A DNA stretch of 61,246 nucleotides, counting the filler. It is 7 parts of 7 records of this genome, joined end to end, with 100 filler letters (N's around TTAATTAATTAA, not from the genome) between each part and the next. Parts side by side here need not be neighbours in the genome. Positions count along the whole stretch, not along the records: positions 1 to 11,515 come from SRR31147125_7040; positions 11,616 to 17,707 come from SRR31147125_7046; positions 17,808 to 31,156 come from SRR31147125_7073; 4 more parts are not named here. One strand, 5' to 3'. Positions 10,184-20,175 of the stretch are shown one piece after another. The notes beneath the pieces were generated by a model. That model saw only the letters and a program-made list of their open reading frames with translations. It was not told the origin of the DNA and did not search any database. Both the position numbers and the translations under genes were made by a program. Positions within the stretch are counted from its first letter, which is position 1; every line of letters starts with the position of its first letter.

Positions 10184-11196
10184 TATTCAAATGGTTTAAA
10201 ATTGCTGTCAACATATTTCACTATTTTTTCTTGTATTGACTCAATAGATTCCCAAATATTGTTGGTTCCGGAGTTATATTTAAATCCTTTTACTACTTCC
10301 TTTGCATTGAAATGGTTTAGGTATTTTTCCTTGTTAGCATCTGTTGACAATATTGCATAATACTCATCAAATTCTATTGTATTATAAGAATCGCTATCTG
10401 TGATCATCTCTTCATGTAATTTTTCCCCCGGACGAATTCCTATATCTATTAATTCTGCATTTGGTGCAATTGCTTTTGCAATAGTTTCAATCTTATATGA
10501 TGGGATCTTTGGGACAAAAATTTCACCACCAAGTGCGTTTTCGATCGCCCACATTACCATTTCAACTCCTTCTTTCAAGGAAATATTAAATCGTGTCATA
10601 TCTTTGTGTGTAATAGGCAGGGCACTCCCCTGTTTGGCTTTATTGATAAAAAAAGGAATAACTGATCCCCTTGAACCCATTACATTCCCATATCTTACAA
10701 TGGAAAATCTTAAATCCCTGCTTCCTTTTATATTATTAGCTGCGGTAAATAATTTATCTGATACTAATTTGGTTGCCCCATATAAATTTATTGGTGCTGC
10801 TGCCTTATCGGTTGAAAGTGCAACAACAATTTTGACATTGGTTGCAAGTGCGGCATCAATAACAGATTGTGCCCCCCCAATATTTGTTTTAATAAATTCT
10901 TCTGGATTATATTCTGCTGCCGGAACTTGTTTTAAAGCAGCAGCATGTATAATAATGTCGATACCTTCACAAGCTTTCTTAAATCTTTCTTTATCTCTTA
11001 CATCACCTATAAAATAACGTAAACCTTTGTGATTATTAGGTGAATACACCTGAGACATTTCAAATTGTTTTAATTCATCTCTTGAATATATAACTAATCG
11101 TTTTATATCTGGATAACGTGTTAAAATTGTTTGAGTAAATTTCTGTCCAAACGAACCTGTGCCACCCGTGATTAAAACTGATTTATTATTTAACAT
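10183..11196 (-). CDS. pseB: UDP-GlcNAc 4,6-dehydratase (inverting)
   Basis: ITGGTGSFG, SRDELKQ, HAAALKQVP, STDKA, YGATK, GIRPGEKLHEEM; ATG at 11196 is the likely start. Confidence 0.95.
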   Translation of the reverse strand: MLNNKSVLITGGTGSFGQKFTQTILTRYPDIKRLVIYSRDELKQFEMSQVYSPNNHKGLRYFIGDVRDKERFKKACEGIDIIIHAAALKQVPAAEYNPEEFIKTNIGGAQSVIDAALATNVKIVVALSTDKAAAPINLYGATKLVSDKLFTAANNIKGSRDLRFSIVRYGNVMGSRGSVIPFFINKAKQGSALPITHKDMTRFNISLKEGVEMVMWAIENALGGEIFVPKIPSYKIETIAKAIAPNAELIDIGIRPGEKLHEEMITDSDSYNTIEFDEYYAILSTDANKEKYLNHFNAKEVVKGFKYNSGTNNIWESIESIQEKIVKYVDSNFKPFE

Positions 11197-11311
11197 ATTA
11201 CAAATTTTTGACAACCTATTCTTTTTATCACTATTATAAATAACTCTTTTTCAAAATAAATTTTCAAATTTAATAAAATAACAAGTGCTAAATAATTTTT
11301 TCATGAGTCTT

Positions 11312-11515
11312 TTAATACCTCTTAATCCACCTATACCTCCTCGCCGGATCTCCCATTTTTATCGAGATCATAATTTCGTGTGAGCCGTAGCTGTGTCTTG
11401 AGCTAATTGCATCAATGCCATATTCGAATGCATATCCAAGGTAGATCTTGCCGGCTTTCATACCTACAAGTGTGGCGATTGATTTGTTGGTTCGAAAGGA
11501 TATTCCGCCCCAAAA
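11312..11515 (-). CDS. C-terminal end of a PorP/SprF family type IX secretion membrane protein (5'-truncated; absent from ORF track)
   Basis: Manual translation FWGGISFRTNKSIATLVGMKAGKIYLGYAFEY...SYGSHEIMISIK...RY* has the GY.Y/F and GSHEI signature. Confidence 0.75.
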   Translation of the reverse strand, partial: FWGGISFRTNKSIATLVGMKAGKIYLGYAFEYGIDAISSRHSYGSHEIMISIKMGDPARRYRWIKRY

Positions 11516-11615
11516 NNNNNNNNNNNNNNNNNNNNNNNNNNNNNNNNNNNNNNNNNNNNTTAATTAATTAANNNNNNNNNNNNNNNNNNNNNNNNNNNNN
11601 NNNNNNNNNNNNNNN
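11516..11615. other. Artificial contig spacer
   Basis: N44 + TTAATTAATTAA (stops in all six frames) + N44. Confidence 0.98.
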
Positions 11616-11711
11616 CCCATCTGGATGTCCACTTTCAAAAGTTTTAACAGAAGTACCCGTACAACTTGTTAGCAAGAATACCCATATCAGAAAAAAACAT
11701 AGTGATTTCAT
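11616..11711 (-). CDS. N-terminus of a putative lipoprotein (3'-truncated)
   Basis: MKSLCFFLIWVFLLTSC, signal plus lipobox, directly after the Cys-rich gene. Confidence 0.55.
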
Positions 11712-11727
11712 CGATCTATCCACCAAA

Positions 11728-12621
11728 TCAGTATTTAGGCACACAATTACCTTTTCCATCACATATCCCCAATCTTTGTTTTCCATTGAGTTCGTAATGA
11801 CATTCCTCACCACCTTCAGGAACAGGTGTCCATTCCGTTCGATTTTTTTCTTGATCGCAATAGAGGCAAGGATTATCAGGGTTCAGATCACGGTTCTCAG
11901 CAACTGAATCTATTTTGCCATCATTATTTGTATCGAAATAGCAACCAGACTCATAGATTTCAGTCGCCACATGTTCACTGTTACAAATGATCTTATAGAA
12001 AGAATCAGATTTCAGCTCATACCCGTCAGGATACCAGAACCCTGTATATTTCTCACAACACTCTCCATCTGCCGGATATTTGCACTGATGTCTGGGATTA
12101 GTACAAGTTTTCAGGTAACACCTACTTAAACTGTCTTGACAATAAGCAACTACTGAAGAATAACCTTTGGGAGGATTACCCCCATCAATTGCTTTGGGAG
12201 CATCCTCAGGAGCACAGAGACCTGATTTCGTCCATGAATAGCAATGTCCCCCTGTAGAAACGATACAAATCTGATTGTATTCACAGGTACCTTGTAAGTT
12301 TTCACACTTGGTAGGGGTTATTACCGGACCTCTCTCACACCATCTAATAACCTCTTCGACATCTTCATCGTCCTCTGTTTGGTCATTTTCTGAAAGATCA
12401 CTATCATATTCCACTAAACTTTCATTTTCAGTCGATTCGGAATCATGGACTTCATTATCTAATTCCTGATCAAAGTCAGATTCACTTTCAAGGGAAAGGT
12501 CTTTTTCGAAATCACCATCCAGATTATATGGGCCGGGTGTTTTTATTGTTGTTTCTCCACAGAAGACCATTAGAAAGGACAAAAACATGGAACAGAGAAT
12601 CATTTTCCTCATAGAAATCAC
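11728..12621 (-). CDS. Secreted/lipid-anchored Cys-rich protein with acidic linker
   Basis: Hydrophobic N-terminus ending VFC; D/E-rich tract; many Cys including NPDNPCLYCD...W...C. Confidence 0.65.
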   Translation of the reverse strand: MISMRKMILCSMFLSFLMVFCGETTIKTPGPYNLDGDFEKDLSLESESDFDQELDNEVHDSESTENESLVEYDSDLSENDQTEDDEDVEEVIRWCERGPVITPTKCENLQGTCEYNQICIVSTGGHCYSWTKSGLCAPEDAPKAIDGGNPPKGYSSVVAYCQDSLSRCYLKTCTNPRHQCKYPADGECCEKYTGFWYPDGYELKSDSFYKIICNSEHVATEIYESGCYFDTNNDGKIDSVAENRDLNPDNPCLYCDQEKNRTEWTPVPEGGEECHYELNGKQRLGICDGKGNCVPKY

Positions 12622-12725
12622 CTGACTTTATCTTCTAATTCCATAAAAAGATACGATAAGTATTCACCTATTATGCTACGATAGGGCTGTGGACTGTCAA
12701 GAAAATTTAGGTAAAAATCCTGTTT

Positions 12726-12941
12726 ATGAAAAAGCAGGATAAAATACGCATAGACTTCGGTCGTAAAGTTAGAAAGCTTCGGGAAGAACAAAAATACTCT
12801 CAGGAGAGCTTCGCCATAGAAGTAGGTATACATCGAACTTATGTCGGAGGAATTGAACGAGGAGAAAGAAACCCAACAATTACAATGATTTACAGGATTG
12901 CTAAAGCTTTGAATGTAGAGGTTTTCGAATTATTCAAATGA
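12726..12941 (+). CDS. XRE/Cro-C1 family HTH regulator
   Basis: SQESFAIEVGIHRTYVGGIERGERNPT. Confidence 0.9.
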   Translation: MKKQDKIRIDFGRKVRKLREEQKYSQESFAIEVGIHRTYVGGIERGERNPTITMIYRIAKALNVEVFELFK

Positions 12942-13035
12942 GAATATTACATTAACATCTCTAACTCTTTTCTATTTTTCATCTTTAATCTAAAAAATGA
13001 AGTCATTATTATTTTGGTCGTTTTACTTTAGTGGT

Positions 13036-13293
13036 AATTAGGGTATGAGTTTTTTAGTTGCACCCCTTGTTTTAAGCCTATGAAATCACTCAACAATTAA
13101 AGATTAAGGGACTAAGGGTATAACTATGCGAAAAGAAACATGTTAAGTATGAAGTGGATTTGATCCAAGTGAAGAACCACGATTATAAGTTTTCAGTGAT
13201 AGTCTCCCCCTAACACTGAAATACTGATAAACACTTGAAATAAAAGGAAAAATTAGGGGGTGCAGTAGAAAATTACTATTGCACCCCCTAATT
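13036..13293. repeat. Repeat/inverted-repeat cluster, putative replication origin
   Basis: 18-bp IR 13251-13268/13276-13293 (1 mismatch); extra TGCACCCC at 13059-13066; 12-bp IR 13191-13221; several TA(A)GGG copies. Confidence 0.5.
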
Positions 13294-13341
13294 CAAAATG
13301 GACGGCCTTACAACTTAAGAAAGAAAAACCATTATATAAAG

Positions 13342-15750
13342 CTATTCATCTGAGAATCGTTTTCTTACTGGCCAGATACCATACCCATTGATTCTTTTAA
13401 CCTTTAGTCCCTCTTTTGTTACCCTTTCTCTAAGCACCTTTAAGAGTTCCTTTTTCTCAGTGAAAGTGATTCCTCCCGATATATTACCAACTTCTTTGGT
13501 AATATCAGATTGCTTAGTTTTTCCATCCGAATCAAATACGTATAAATCATCGAAAGTCGATTCCAGTGGATTTATGGTCTGAAAACCATTATTAGATGCT
13601 TCCAATTTTTTTATCCACTCTATATCTAAATATGTAGGATGGTCATTCTCAAGGAGATTAAAAGCCTGAGCCCATAGCTGCTGAAGATCGATTCCATGAT
13701 CAGGGTTACAACTATTTACTGGAATCGTCCAAAATCTGCGATTCCCAGTAGTATCTACGAGGAATGAAGTAGGATTAACAGAACCACAGAAAATGGTTCG
13801 TCTAGGAAAGTAATCTTCCTTTTTTGCATATGGTGGTCTATAAACATCGATCTTCTCTGTTATGAAACTTTTAAGATGTGAGATATCGGCAGTTTTGAAC
13901 GTAGCGTCTATTTCACCCAATTCAACCAGCCAAAAACTAGTAGCTTTTTTGACCGAATCTTTATTCTTAGGATCTAACAATACACCATCTTTACGCCACT
14001 CCTCTTCAGGACAAAGTGACATTAGCCATCTTGTTTTTCCTGCACTTTGCATCCCTTGCAACACCAAGAGACCTTGTGCTGCAATCCCCTTAGGACTCAC
14101 TGCAGCAGCGGCTCCGGTAACTAGCCAAGTCGTTAGCAGTTTCTGAGCTATTTTTATATCAAAATTAGGTGCTATCTCAAGACTGTCTAATAAGGCATCA
14201 ATTCTATCTATGCCATCCCATTTTTTCGATTTTATCCACTGCTCAACCGGATGGTACTCATGTTCCACTGTATGCAGAGCGATGTTATCATTGACCCACT
14301 TCGTTGTTAGTCCATACTTTCTACAATGTTTACGAATAAGTGCTATAATTGCTTTATCATGGTTCTGTCCTAATTTATGTCCTTCCATTAGGATTTCTTC
14401 TTCGTGTCGCATGAGATTGAACTTTACAGTAATATTATTGTGAGCTAACATAGCTAGAAAATTATCATCATTGTCTTTGATTGGTCTTTCTTTCCCTTCC
14501 TTATCAATGTATGTCTTTTTCCATTTCGGTGATTTAGGTCTTTTTATTTCAGCCTTAATAAATAAAGCAGGATTTTTATAACCCTCAGGAATAACACCTA
14601 TATATCCATTTTGGCTTAGACTCTCATATCCGGATGGGTTTTTATCTAAAGCGCTATCAAATTGTTTATCAGCCTCTTGTTTAGTATATCTTTCCGAATC
14701 TAGAGCAGAAATTCGATGGAATTCTGCTCGTCCTGACTCCTTTAAAGCTGCTGCTAAATTAGTTGCTAACCCCCACCAAAGCGATAGGTTAACTAATTGA
14801 GGTTCGTTATGACACCATTGTATGAATGGTTCTTCAGTCCAACTAAGATTGCTCGAAACTTTTACAGTATTAGAATGTGTTACAGTTTCTGGATTATTTA
14901 TGGCATTGTTATTTTTTTGCACTATCTGTTTACCAATGCCCAAATTCTTTTCTCGTTTCCTATCATTGGACTCTTTCACATGTTGTTCATATTTTACATT
15001 ATCAAAATCTGAGATACTATTTTTCAGCTTATTAAAGTTCTCTTCAGAATTTCCGGTCAAATCTAAAGATATCTTATATGTGCGACCAGTCTTATGAATT
15101 GCACCAGGGGCAACCACATAGCTGCCAGAACTTTTTACATCTATATCTGTTTTCCCCCAATTATGTGATTTCTGTATCTTGTTATTCTCATCAATTGAAT
15201 ATAACCAGTCAACGGCAGAAGAAGGTCCGATGATTTTGTTTCTACTAGTTACCTTAATATTATTTGGAGTCCAGTAATAGTAATGTCTTCCTCCTTGTTT
15301 TCGACCTGTTTCAACCGTAACCTGACATGGATAATTCGTTTCGATCCATTCAAACATATTAGGAGAATCTGCATCTATCACTGTTATGCCACCTCCAGTA
15401 GCATGATATCCTGTCAACAATAACGGAGTAGCATCTGGATACCGATCCATCCATTCTGCCATTATTTCATCTGGAATTCTTTCTTTTTGCCATCCTTTAA
15501 ATTTCATCAAAGGTCTTTTATCTTTGTTTCCTGGAATTACGTTAAAGCCCATGCTGTGCCACAAAGAAGCAACTTCACAGAAAAGTCCCTCTTTATAGGC
15601 TTTGATCCAAATGGGAGTTACCCCATCTTCCTGTTTGACCAAACCTGAATCAAAATTCTCTAAGAAAACTTCAGTATCATCTTGTTGATCCATATTTTTG
15701 TTTGATTCCCAATCGTTTTCATATTTAGTGTTCATAATATTTGAATACAT
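13342..15750 (-). CDS. Prim-Pol + PriCT-like + VirE/VapE helicase replication protein
   Basis: GFNVIPG..KRP, VIDAD, TG..GGRHYYY, DIDVK..GSYVVAPG; Walker A GMQSAGKT, ELGEID, FCGSVN, GNRRFW. Confidence 0.88.
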   Translation of the reverse strand: MYSNIMNTKYENDWESNKNMDQQDDTEVFLENFDSGLVKQEDGVTPIWIKAYKEGLFCEVASLWHSMGFNVIPGNKDKRPLMKFKGWQKERIPDEIMAEWMDRYPDATPLLLTGYHATGGGITVIDADSPNMFEWIETNYPCQVTVETGRKQGGRHYYYWTPNNIKVTSRNKIIGPSSAVDWLYSIDENNKIQKSHNWGKTDIDVKSSGSYVVAPGAIHKTGRTYKISLDLTGNSEENFNKLKNSISDFDNVKYEQHVKESNDRKREKNLGIGKQIVQKNNNAINNPETVTHSNTVKVSSNLSWTEEPFIQWCHNEPQLVNLSLWWGLATNLAAALKESGRAEFHRISALDSERYTKQEADKQFDSALDKNPSGYESLSQNGYIGVIPEGYKNPALFIKAEIKRPKSPKWKKTYIDKEGKERPIKDNDDNFLAMLAHNNITVKFNLMRHEEEILMEGHKLGQNHDKAIIALIRKHCRKYGLTTKWVNDNIALHTVEHEYHPVEQWIKSKKWDGIDRIDALLDSLEIAPNFDIKIAQKLLTTWLVTGAAAAVSPKGIAAQGLLVLQGMQSAGKTRWLMSLCPEEEWRKDGVLLDPKNKDSVKKATSFWLVELGEIDATFKTADISHLKSFITEKIDVYRPPYAKKEDYFPRRTIFCGSVNPTSFLVDTTGNRRFWTIPVNSCNPDHGIDLQQLWAQAFNLLENDHPTYLDIEWIKKLEASNNGFQTINPLESTFDDLYVFDSDGKTKQSDITKEVGNISGGITFTEKKELLKVLRERVTKEGLKVKRINGYGIWPVRKRFSDE

Positions 15751-15777
15751 CTTTTTACCTTTCCAAGTTTATTGATA

Positions 15778-15993
15778 TTATTGATTATCAGTCTTTACAA
15801 CTGAATTGGCTATAAGGTGATTTAATACTTCCTGTAGATCGAATCTGATGGCACCTCCTAATTGGATAGATGGAATTCTTCCTTCCTTAGCCATTCGATA
15901 TACAGTAGCTCTATGTATTCTTAAATACTTTGCTACAGTGGTTGCATTAACTAAAGTGCTTTCTGCTATGTTGTGATTTGAACATTTTGTCAT
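15778..15993 (-). CDS. Excisionase-like HTH DNA-binding protein
   Basis: VAKYLRIHRATVYRMAKEGRIPSIQLGGAIRF; AGGAG RBS. Confidence 0.85.
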   Translation of the reverse strand: MTKCSNHNIAESTLVNATTVAKYLRIHRATVYRMAKEGRIPSIQLGGAIRFDLQEVLNHLIANSVVKTDNQ

Positions 15994-16956
15994 CTTGTTA
16001 CTCCTTTTTTTAATAAATTTAACAAAAGTTACTCCTAATCAACTTCACTACTTTCTAGTACCCGAAAACGAAGATATTCTTCGAGATTTTTGGAATGTTT
16101 TTTTATATGGATCAGTTCTGTAATAATTTTGTGCCTTATTATAGTTTTTTGCTGCACAAAATAAGATCCCTACGGTATTTAAAAGAACAATTACCTAAAT
16201 CGAATGAGCTAGCCTAATATTTGTTAACATATGAAGGTATCAACAAATTAGTTCTAGCTACGACCGACAAAGGCTAATACCCCAAAACGTGGTGAAAAAA
16301 TGAAAAAATCGATTGATCTTGAAAAAAAAAGAAGAAATGGGTAGAATTAACCTAAAACCATATGACCTCCATACGGCAGTAAGTGATTGTAATTACATGG
16401 AAAATCTTAATGAAACCATATAATTACCTTCCAAATTCCTAAAAACATACACAGTACTTGAATATTTTAAAATTTCTGCTGCTGCCAATAAAGTTGGATC
16501 TATTTATGTGTTTGTGGTAGCAGTTGGGTCTTGGTAGTGTACAGCACTATATTGCCAGAGCATCCATGCCAGTTCTAGCAGCTTTCGTAGCCAGCCCATC
16601 CCTTCGTGAGATAATTATCTATACCGACGAAGGAACAATATGATATTGCAGGATCTTATTTATATAAGACCTTATTTGCTATATTTTGATAGCATTTAAA
16701 AACTACCCATAGTTGGCTCATTCCTATCAAATGTCGAGATCCATGAAACTACACCAATAGCTGTATACATATGGAGAGTTAGGCAAGTCCATTCCATATA
16801 GGACAGATAAAGGAAAATACCCGATATAAAATTCAAACACTCATTGATTTTGAGGATTTTATGAGGAATATACTACTGTCAGCACATGACAACTAGAATT
16901 ACTAGGCCCCTCACAGACGCATTATGGCATGAAAGAAATAATATACTGGTGGGTCT

Positions 16957-17144
16957 ATGTATGCCGACTACGAAGCTCATGTGAAATGACGATTGAGGTT
17001 GGATCCTGATCACAACCTTCTTGGATTCTTAAAACAAGATTATGAGCAGATGTCAGATGCTGGCATGTTCGATGATACCACTCCAGCTTCTTCGATGATA
17101 TTATAACTTCAGGAATCCTTCGTAAACGATCACCTGTCAGATAG
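16957..17144 (+). pseudogene. Decayed C-terminal remnant of an AbiEii-type nucleotidyltransferase toxin
   Basis: ADYEAHVK*RLRLDPDHNLLGFLKQDYEQMSDAGMFDDTTP, then FDDII in a shifted frame; internal stop and no N-terminal part. Confidence 0.5.
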
Positions 17145-17234
17145 CTTTACCTGTGTCTAATAACATTTGGTTTCAGACCTCAAATCGGAACCCATTTTTA
17201 GCCCCCATTACAAGGATAAATCCAATGGAAGGGT

Positions 17235-17707
17235 TTAGGACCCCTTGGTTCTTGGCCATTCGCCAGCATCTATGAGTTTGGTTCTCAATGTAGTTTTGGG
17301 GATATTCAAAATCCTTGACATGGATTTTAGTCCATGTCCCTGAGCCATCAAAGCAGTGGCAGCTCGTACATCAAACTCTCTCCGAGGACGACCACAATGT
17401 TTTCCTGGGCCTGAGCTCTCTTAATACCAGCACAGACTCTTTCCTGAATAATACTTCTCTCATATTCACAGAAAGCTCCGATAATGGAAAGCATAAGCCG
17501 CCCAGAGGCTGTTGTCGTATCGATAGCCGAATCTCTTATAGAAACAAAGCCTATGTTGAGATTTGTCAGTTCATCGAGTATCGTGAGCAAGTGTTGCAGG
17601 GACCTTCCAAGTCTATCAAGTTTCCAGACCACTACCAGATCGAATTTACCTAGTCTGGCATCTCCCATCATACGATCGAGTTCAGGCCTCTCAGTCTTGG
17701 AGCCAGA
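17235..17707 (-). CDS. Serine resolvase/invertase with C-terminal HTH (5'-truncated, frameshift at ~17404)
   Basis: VVWKLDRLGRS, IDTTTASGRL, EYERSIIQERV; an extra G restores GKHCGRP and the HTH to a stop at 17235. Confidence 0.9.
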
Positions 17708-17807
17708 NNNNNNNNNNNNNNNNNNNNNNNNNNNNNNNNNNNNNNNNNNNNTTAATTAATTAANNNNNNNNNNNNNNNNNNNNNNNNNNNNNNNNNNNNN
17801 NNNNNNN
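17708..17807. other. Artificial contig spacer
   Basis: N44-TTAATTAATTAA-N44. Confidence 0.98.
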
Positions 17808-17987
17808 AAAAATATTTATAACAGGTTCACAAATTACTAGTTTGCTTACTGAGGAATGGCCATTATTTAAAATAACATAATCCCCAAAAGGAGCATTGTT
17901 AATTTTTTATACAATGGTATGGAAATAGCTTATGGATATGTTTTGCCTTAAATTATAATTAATTTGCATCAAAATGTGTAATTTTAC

Positions 17988-18016
17988 TTGACAAAACATG
18001 ATTAAGTTATTATATT
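17988..18016 (+). promoter_or_regulatory. sigma70-type promoter of the M23 gene
   Basis: TTGACA-17 nt-TATATT. Confidence 0.6.
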
Positions 18017-18127
18017 CCATAGACCTTGAAGATCTACCTCTCAAGAAAACCTTCCAATGATTCAAACTTTGCTAAGCGGCGTGTGGGTGCAGCAACAAAA
18101 TTTTTGTATAATTCAAAGGATATGTAA

Positions 18128-19050
18128 ATGCGAGATAAAAGGATTCAGCTTATCTATTTCTCACTCGCGGGGTCTGAGGTTAAACAGGTAAATCTAGGTT
18201 GGAAAAAATTATAGGTGCAGTCTCCCTTCTTTTTACTGTGCTTCTGGTTCTTGTTTCAATCGTTTTGTCCATTTTCACAGATGTGTTTCATAATTGGCAA
18301 ATCACCAATTTGTCACGGGCGAATTCCCAGCTTGGTGATTATCTGGCCACAATGAACAAAAAGATAGACAATATCGAAAACACCATTTTCTATCTTGAAA
18401 AAAACGATGAAGACTTGAGAATTTTCGTCGATCTACCAAGAATCAATTCTGATGTGCGTAAACTTGGTATTGGTGGCCATGCTGATCAAACATTTGGCCA
18501 GCTAAGCTCTGTTACAGGTGAAGACAAAGATCTGGCGATCAAAACACAAAGAGTGATAGAAAATTTATCCCAGAGAGTCAAATTAGCTCTTGAAAGCCGG
18601 GAAGAAATTGATCAAAAATTTCGCAGTGATCAGTCCAAATTTAAACACACGCCTTCCATTCGTCCTATTCCAAACGCACGGGTTACCAGCTATTTCTCAT
18701 ACCGGAGAGATCCGTTTACAGATAAACCGGTATTTCATGAAGGATGGGATCTATCCGCTCCCAGGGGCACAAACGTGCTGTCCTCAGCTGACGGTAAAGT
18801 CGTTGCGATTCACAACAGATATACGCCTAATAAAGGTTATGGCAAATATATCGAAATTGACCACGGCTATGGCTTGAAAACAAAATATGCTCATCTTGAT
18901 AAAATTCTTGTTAAACCAGGTGAAGTTGTAACCAGATATACTGTAATCGGTAAAGTTGGGGATACGGGTCGTTCTACAGCTCCACATCTGCATTATGAGG
19001 TCATGGAAAATAACAAAAAAATTGACCCAAAAGATTATATTCTGGATTAA
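18128..19050 (+). CDS. M23 family metallopeptidase with TM and coiled coil (frameshift at ~18205)
   Basis: HEGWD, YAHL, STAPHLHYEV; an extra A joins ATG 18128 (MRDKRIQLIYF...GWKK) to the listed ORF. Confidence 0.9.
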
Positions 19051-19074
19051 ATACAATTATTTTAGCTTTTTTCA

Positions 19075-19104
19075 AGCCTGCCAACTTTTAGGCAGGCTTT
19101 TTTT
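19075..19104 (+). terminator. Intrinsic terminator
   Basis: AAGCCTGCC-loop-GGCAGGCTT followed by a T-tract. Confidence 0.85.
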
Positions 19105-19137
19105 ATATATGCTTTTCCCGGAGGATTTCTCACCGCA

Positions 19138-20175
19138 ATGAAAAACAAATTGGTATTAATAACGTTTATTACTGTTTTATGTATCCAATTCAGTTATGCT
19201 GATCCGTCTATCGAAAATATCCAAAAAGGAATTTCCCTCAATATTGAACAACAATACGACCTCGCACTTGAACTTTTTGAGAAGATGAAAACCGACTATC
19301 CTGAACATCCGGCAGGTTCTTTATTCTCAGCCGCCGTCTGGCAATCCCGGATGATGGATTTTGAAACGAATAAATGGGGAAAACTTTTTTATCAGGAAAT
19401 TGATCGATCTATAAAGTTATCAAAAAAACAGATTGCCAGAAATCCACAAAATAGCCATATAAGATTCTTTTATGCCTCAGCTCTTGGTTATAAAAGCTTT
19501 CAAATGGCCCGTGATAAAAAATATATGCCCGCCTTCCAGATTGGCCGTCAATCCATTAAGGAATTAAAAAAAGTTATAGCCACGGATAGCAGTTTTTACG
19601 ACTCGTACCTGGCGATTGGCAGCTATAATTACTGGCGCAGCAATTTAACTAAAAAATTTTCCTGGTTACCCTTTTTCAAGGATCAAAGACAACAAGGAAT
19701 CTTATACCTGCAAAAAGCTGCAAAAATGGGATTATTTTCAAAATGGGCGGCTTTGTCGAATTTGGCGTGGATTAATATTGAAGAAAAAAATTACGATGCG
19801 GCCATAAATCAATCAAACGAAGGATTAAAACAATTTCCCACCAGTCGATTCTTTCTCTGGCCCCTGGCAGAAGCACAATTTAAAAAAGAAGATTATGAGG
19901 ACGCTATAGATACATTTTCGCGCATACTGGATTCCATTCATAATGAGACAGAATATAATAACCGATACAACGAAATTCTTATACATTGGAAATTGGCACA
20001 GTGTCATTATCAGCTAAAAATGATCACTAGCGCAAAACAGGAGTGTCAAAAGGTTATTGCGATCGAACCGCTCAAAGAGGTGGGTGGCCGGGCCAGGGAC
20101 AAAAAGAAGCAGGCAAAAAAATTATTATCAGAAATAAAAGCCAAAGAGGCCCAAACGTTAAATTCTTCTTTATGA
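19138..20175 (+). CDS. Secreted TPR-repeat protein
   Basis: Signal peptide; TPR-like helices (LAEAQFKKEDYEDAIDTF). Confidence 0.7.
   Translation: MKNKLVLITFITVLCIQFSYADPSIENIQKGISLNIEQQYDLALELFEKMKTDYPEHPAGSLFSAAVWQSRMMDFETNKWGKLFYQEIDRSIKLSKKQIARNPQNSHIRFFYASALGYKSFQMARDKKYMPAFQIGRQSIKELKKVIATDSSFYDSYLAIGSYNYWRSNLTKKFSWLPFFKDQRQQGILYLQKAAKMGLFSKWAALSNLAWINIEEKNYDAAINQSNEGLKQFPTSRFFLWPLAEAQFKKEDYEDAIDTFSRILDSIHNETEYNNRYNEILIHWKLAQCHYQLKMITSAKQECQKVIAIEPLKEVGGRARDKKKQAKKLLSEIKAKEAQTLNSSL

Larger units (their letters stand above)
12726..17707. mobile_element. Phage-satellite-like / integrative element fragment
   Basis: Recombinase + Xis-like HTH + primase-helicase + repeat-rich downstream region; no capsid or tail genes seen. 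Confidence 0.6.

Noticed and set aside
10400-11017. 205-aa plus-strand ORF
   Set aside because: Antisense shadow of pseB; the same applies to 37238-37651, 58588-58995, 59931-60368 and most other short overlapping ORFs
12618-12833. 71-aa minus-strand ORF
   Set aside because: Overlaps the XRE gene antisense and has no recognisable features
16350-16610. Possible second pseudogene on the minus strand
   Set aside because: Only short open stretches with no motif I can recognise
17315-17759. Plus-strand ORFs 17315-17653 and 17484-17759
   Set aside because: Antisense to the resolvase; one runs into the N spacer
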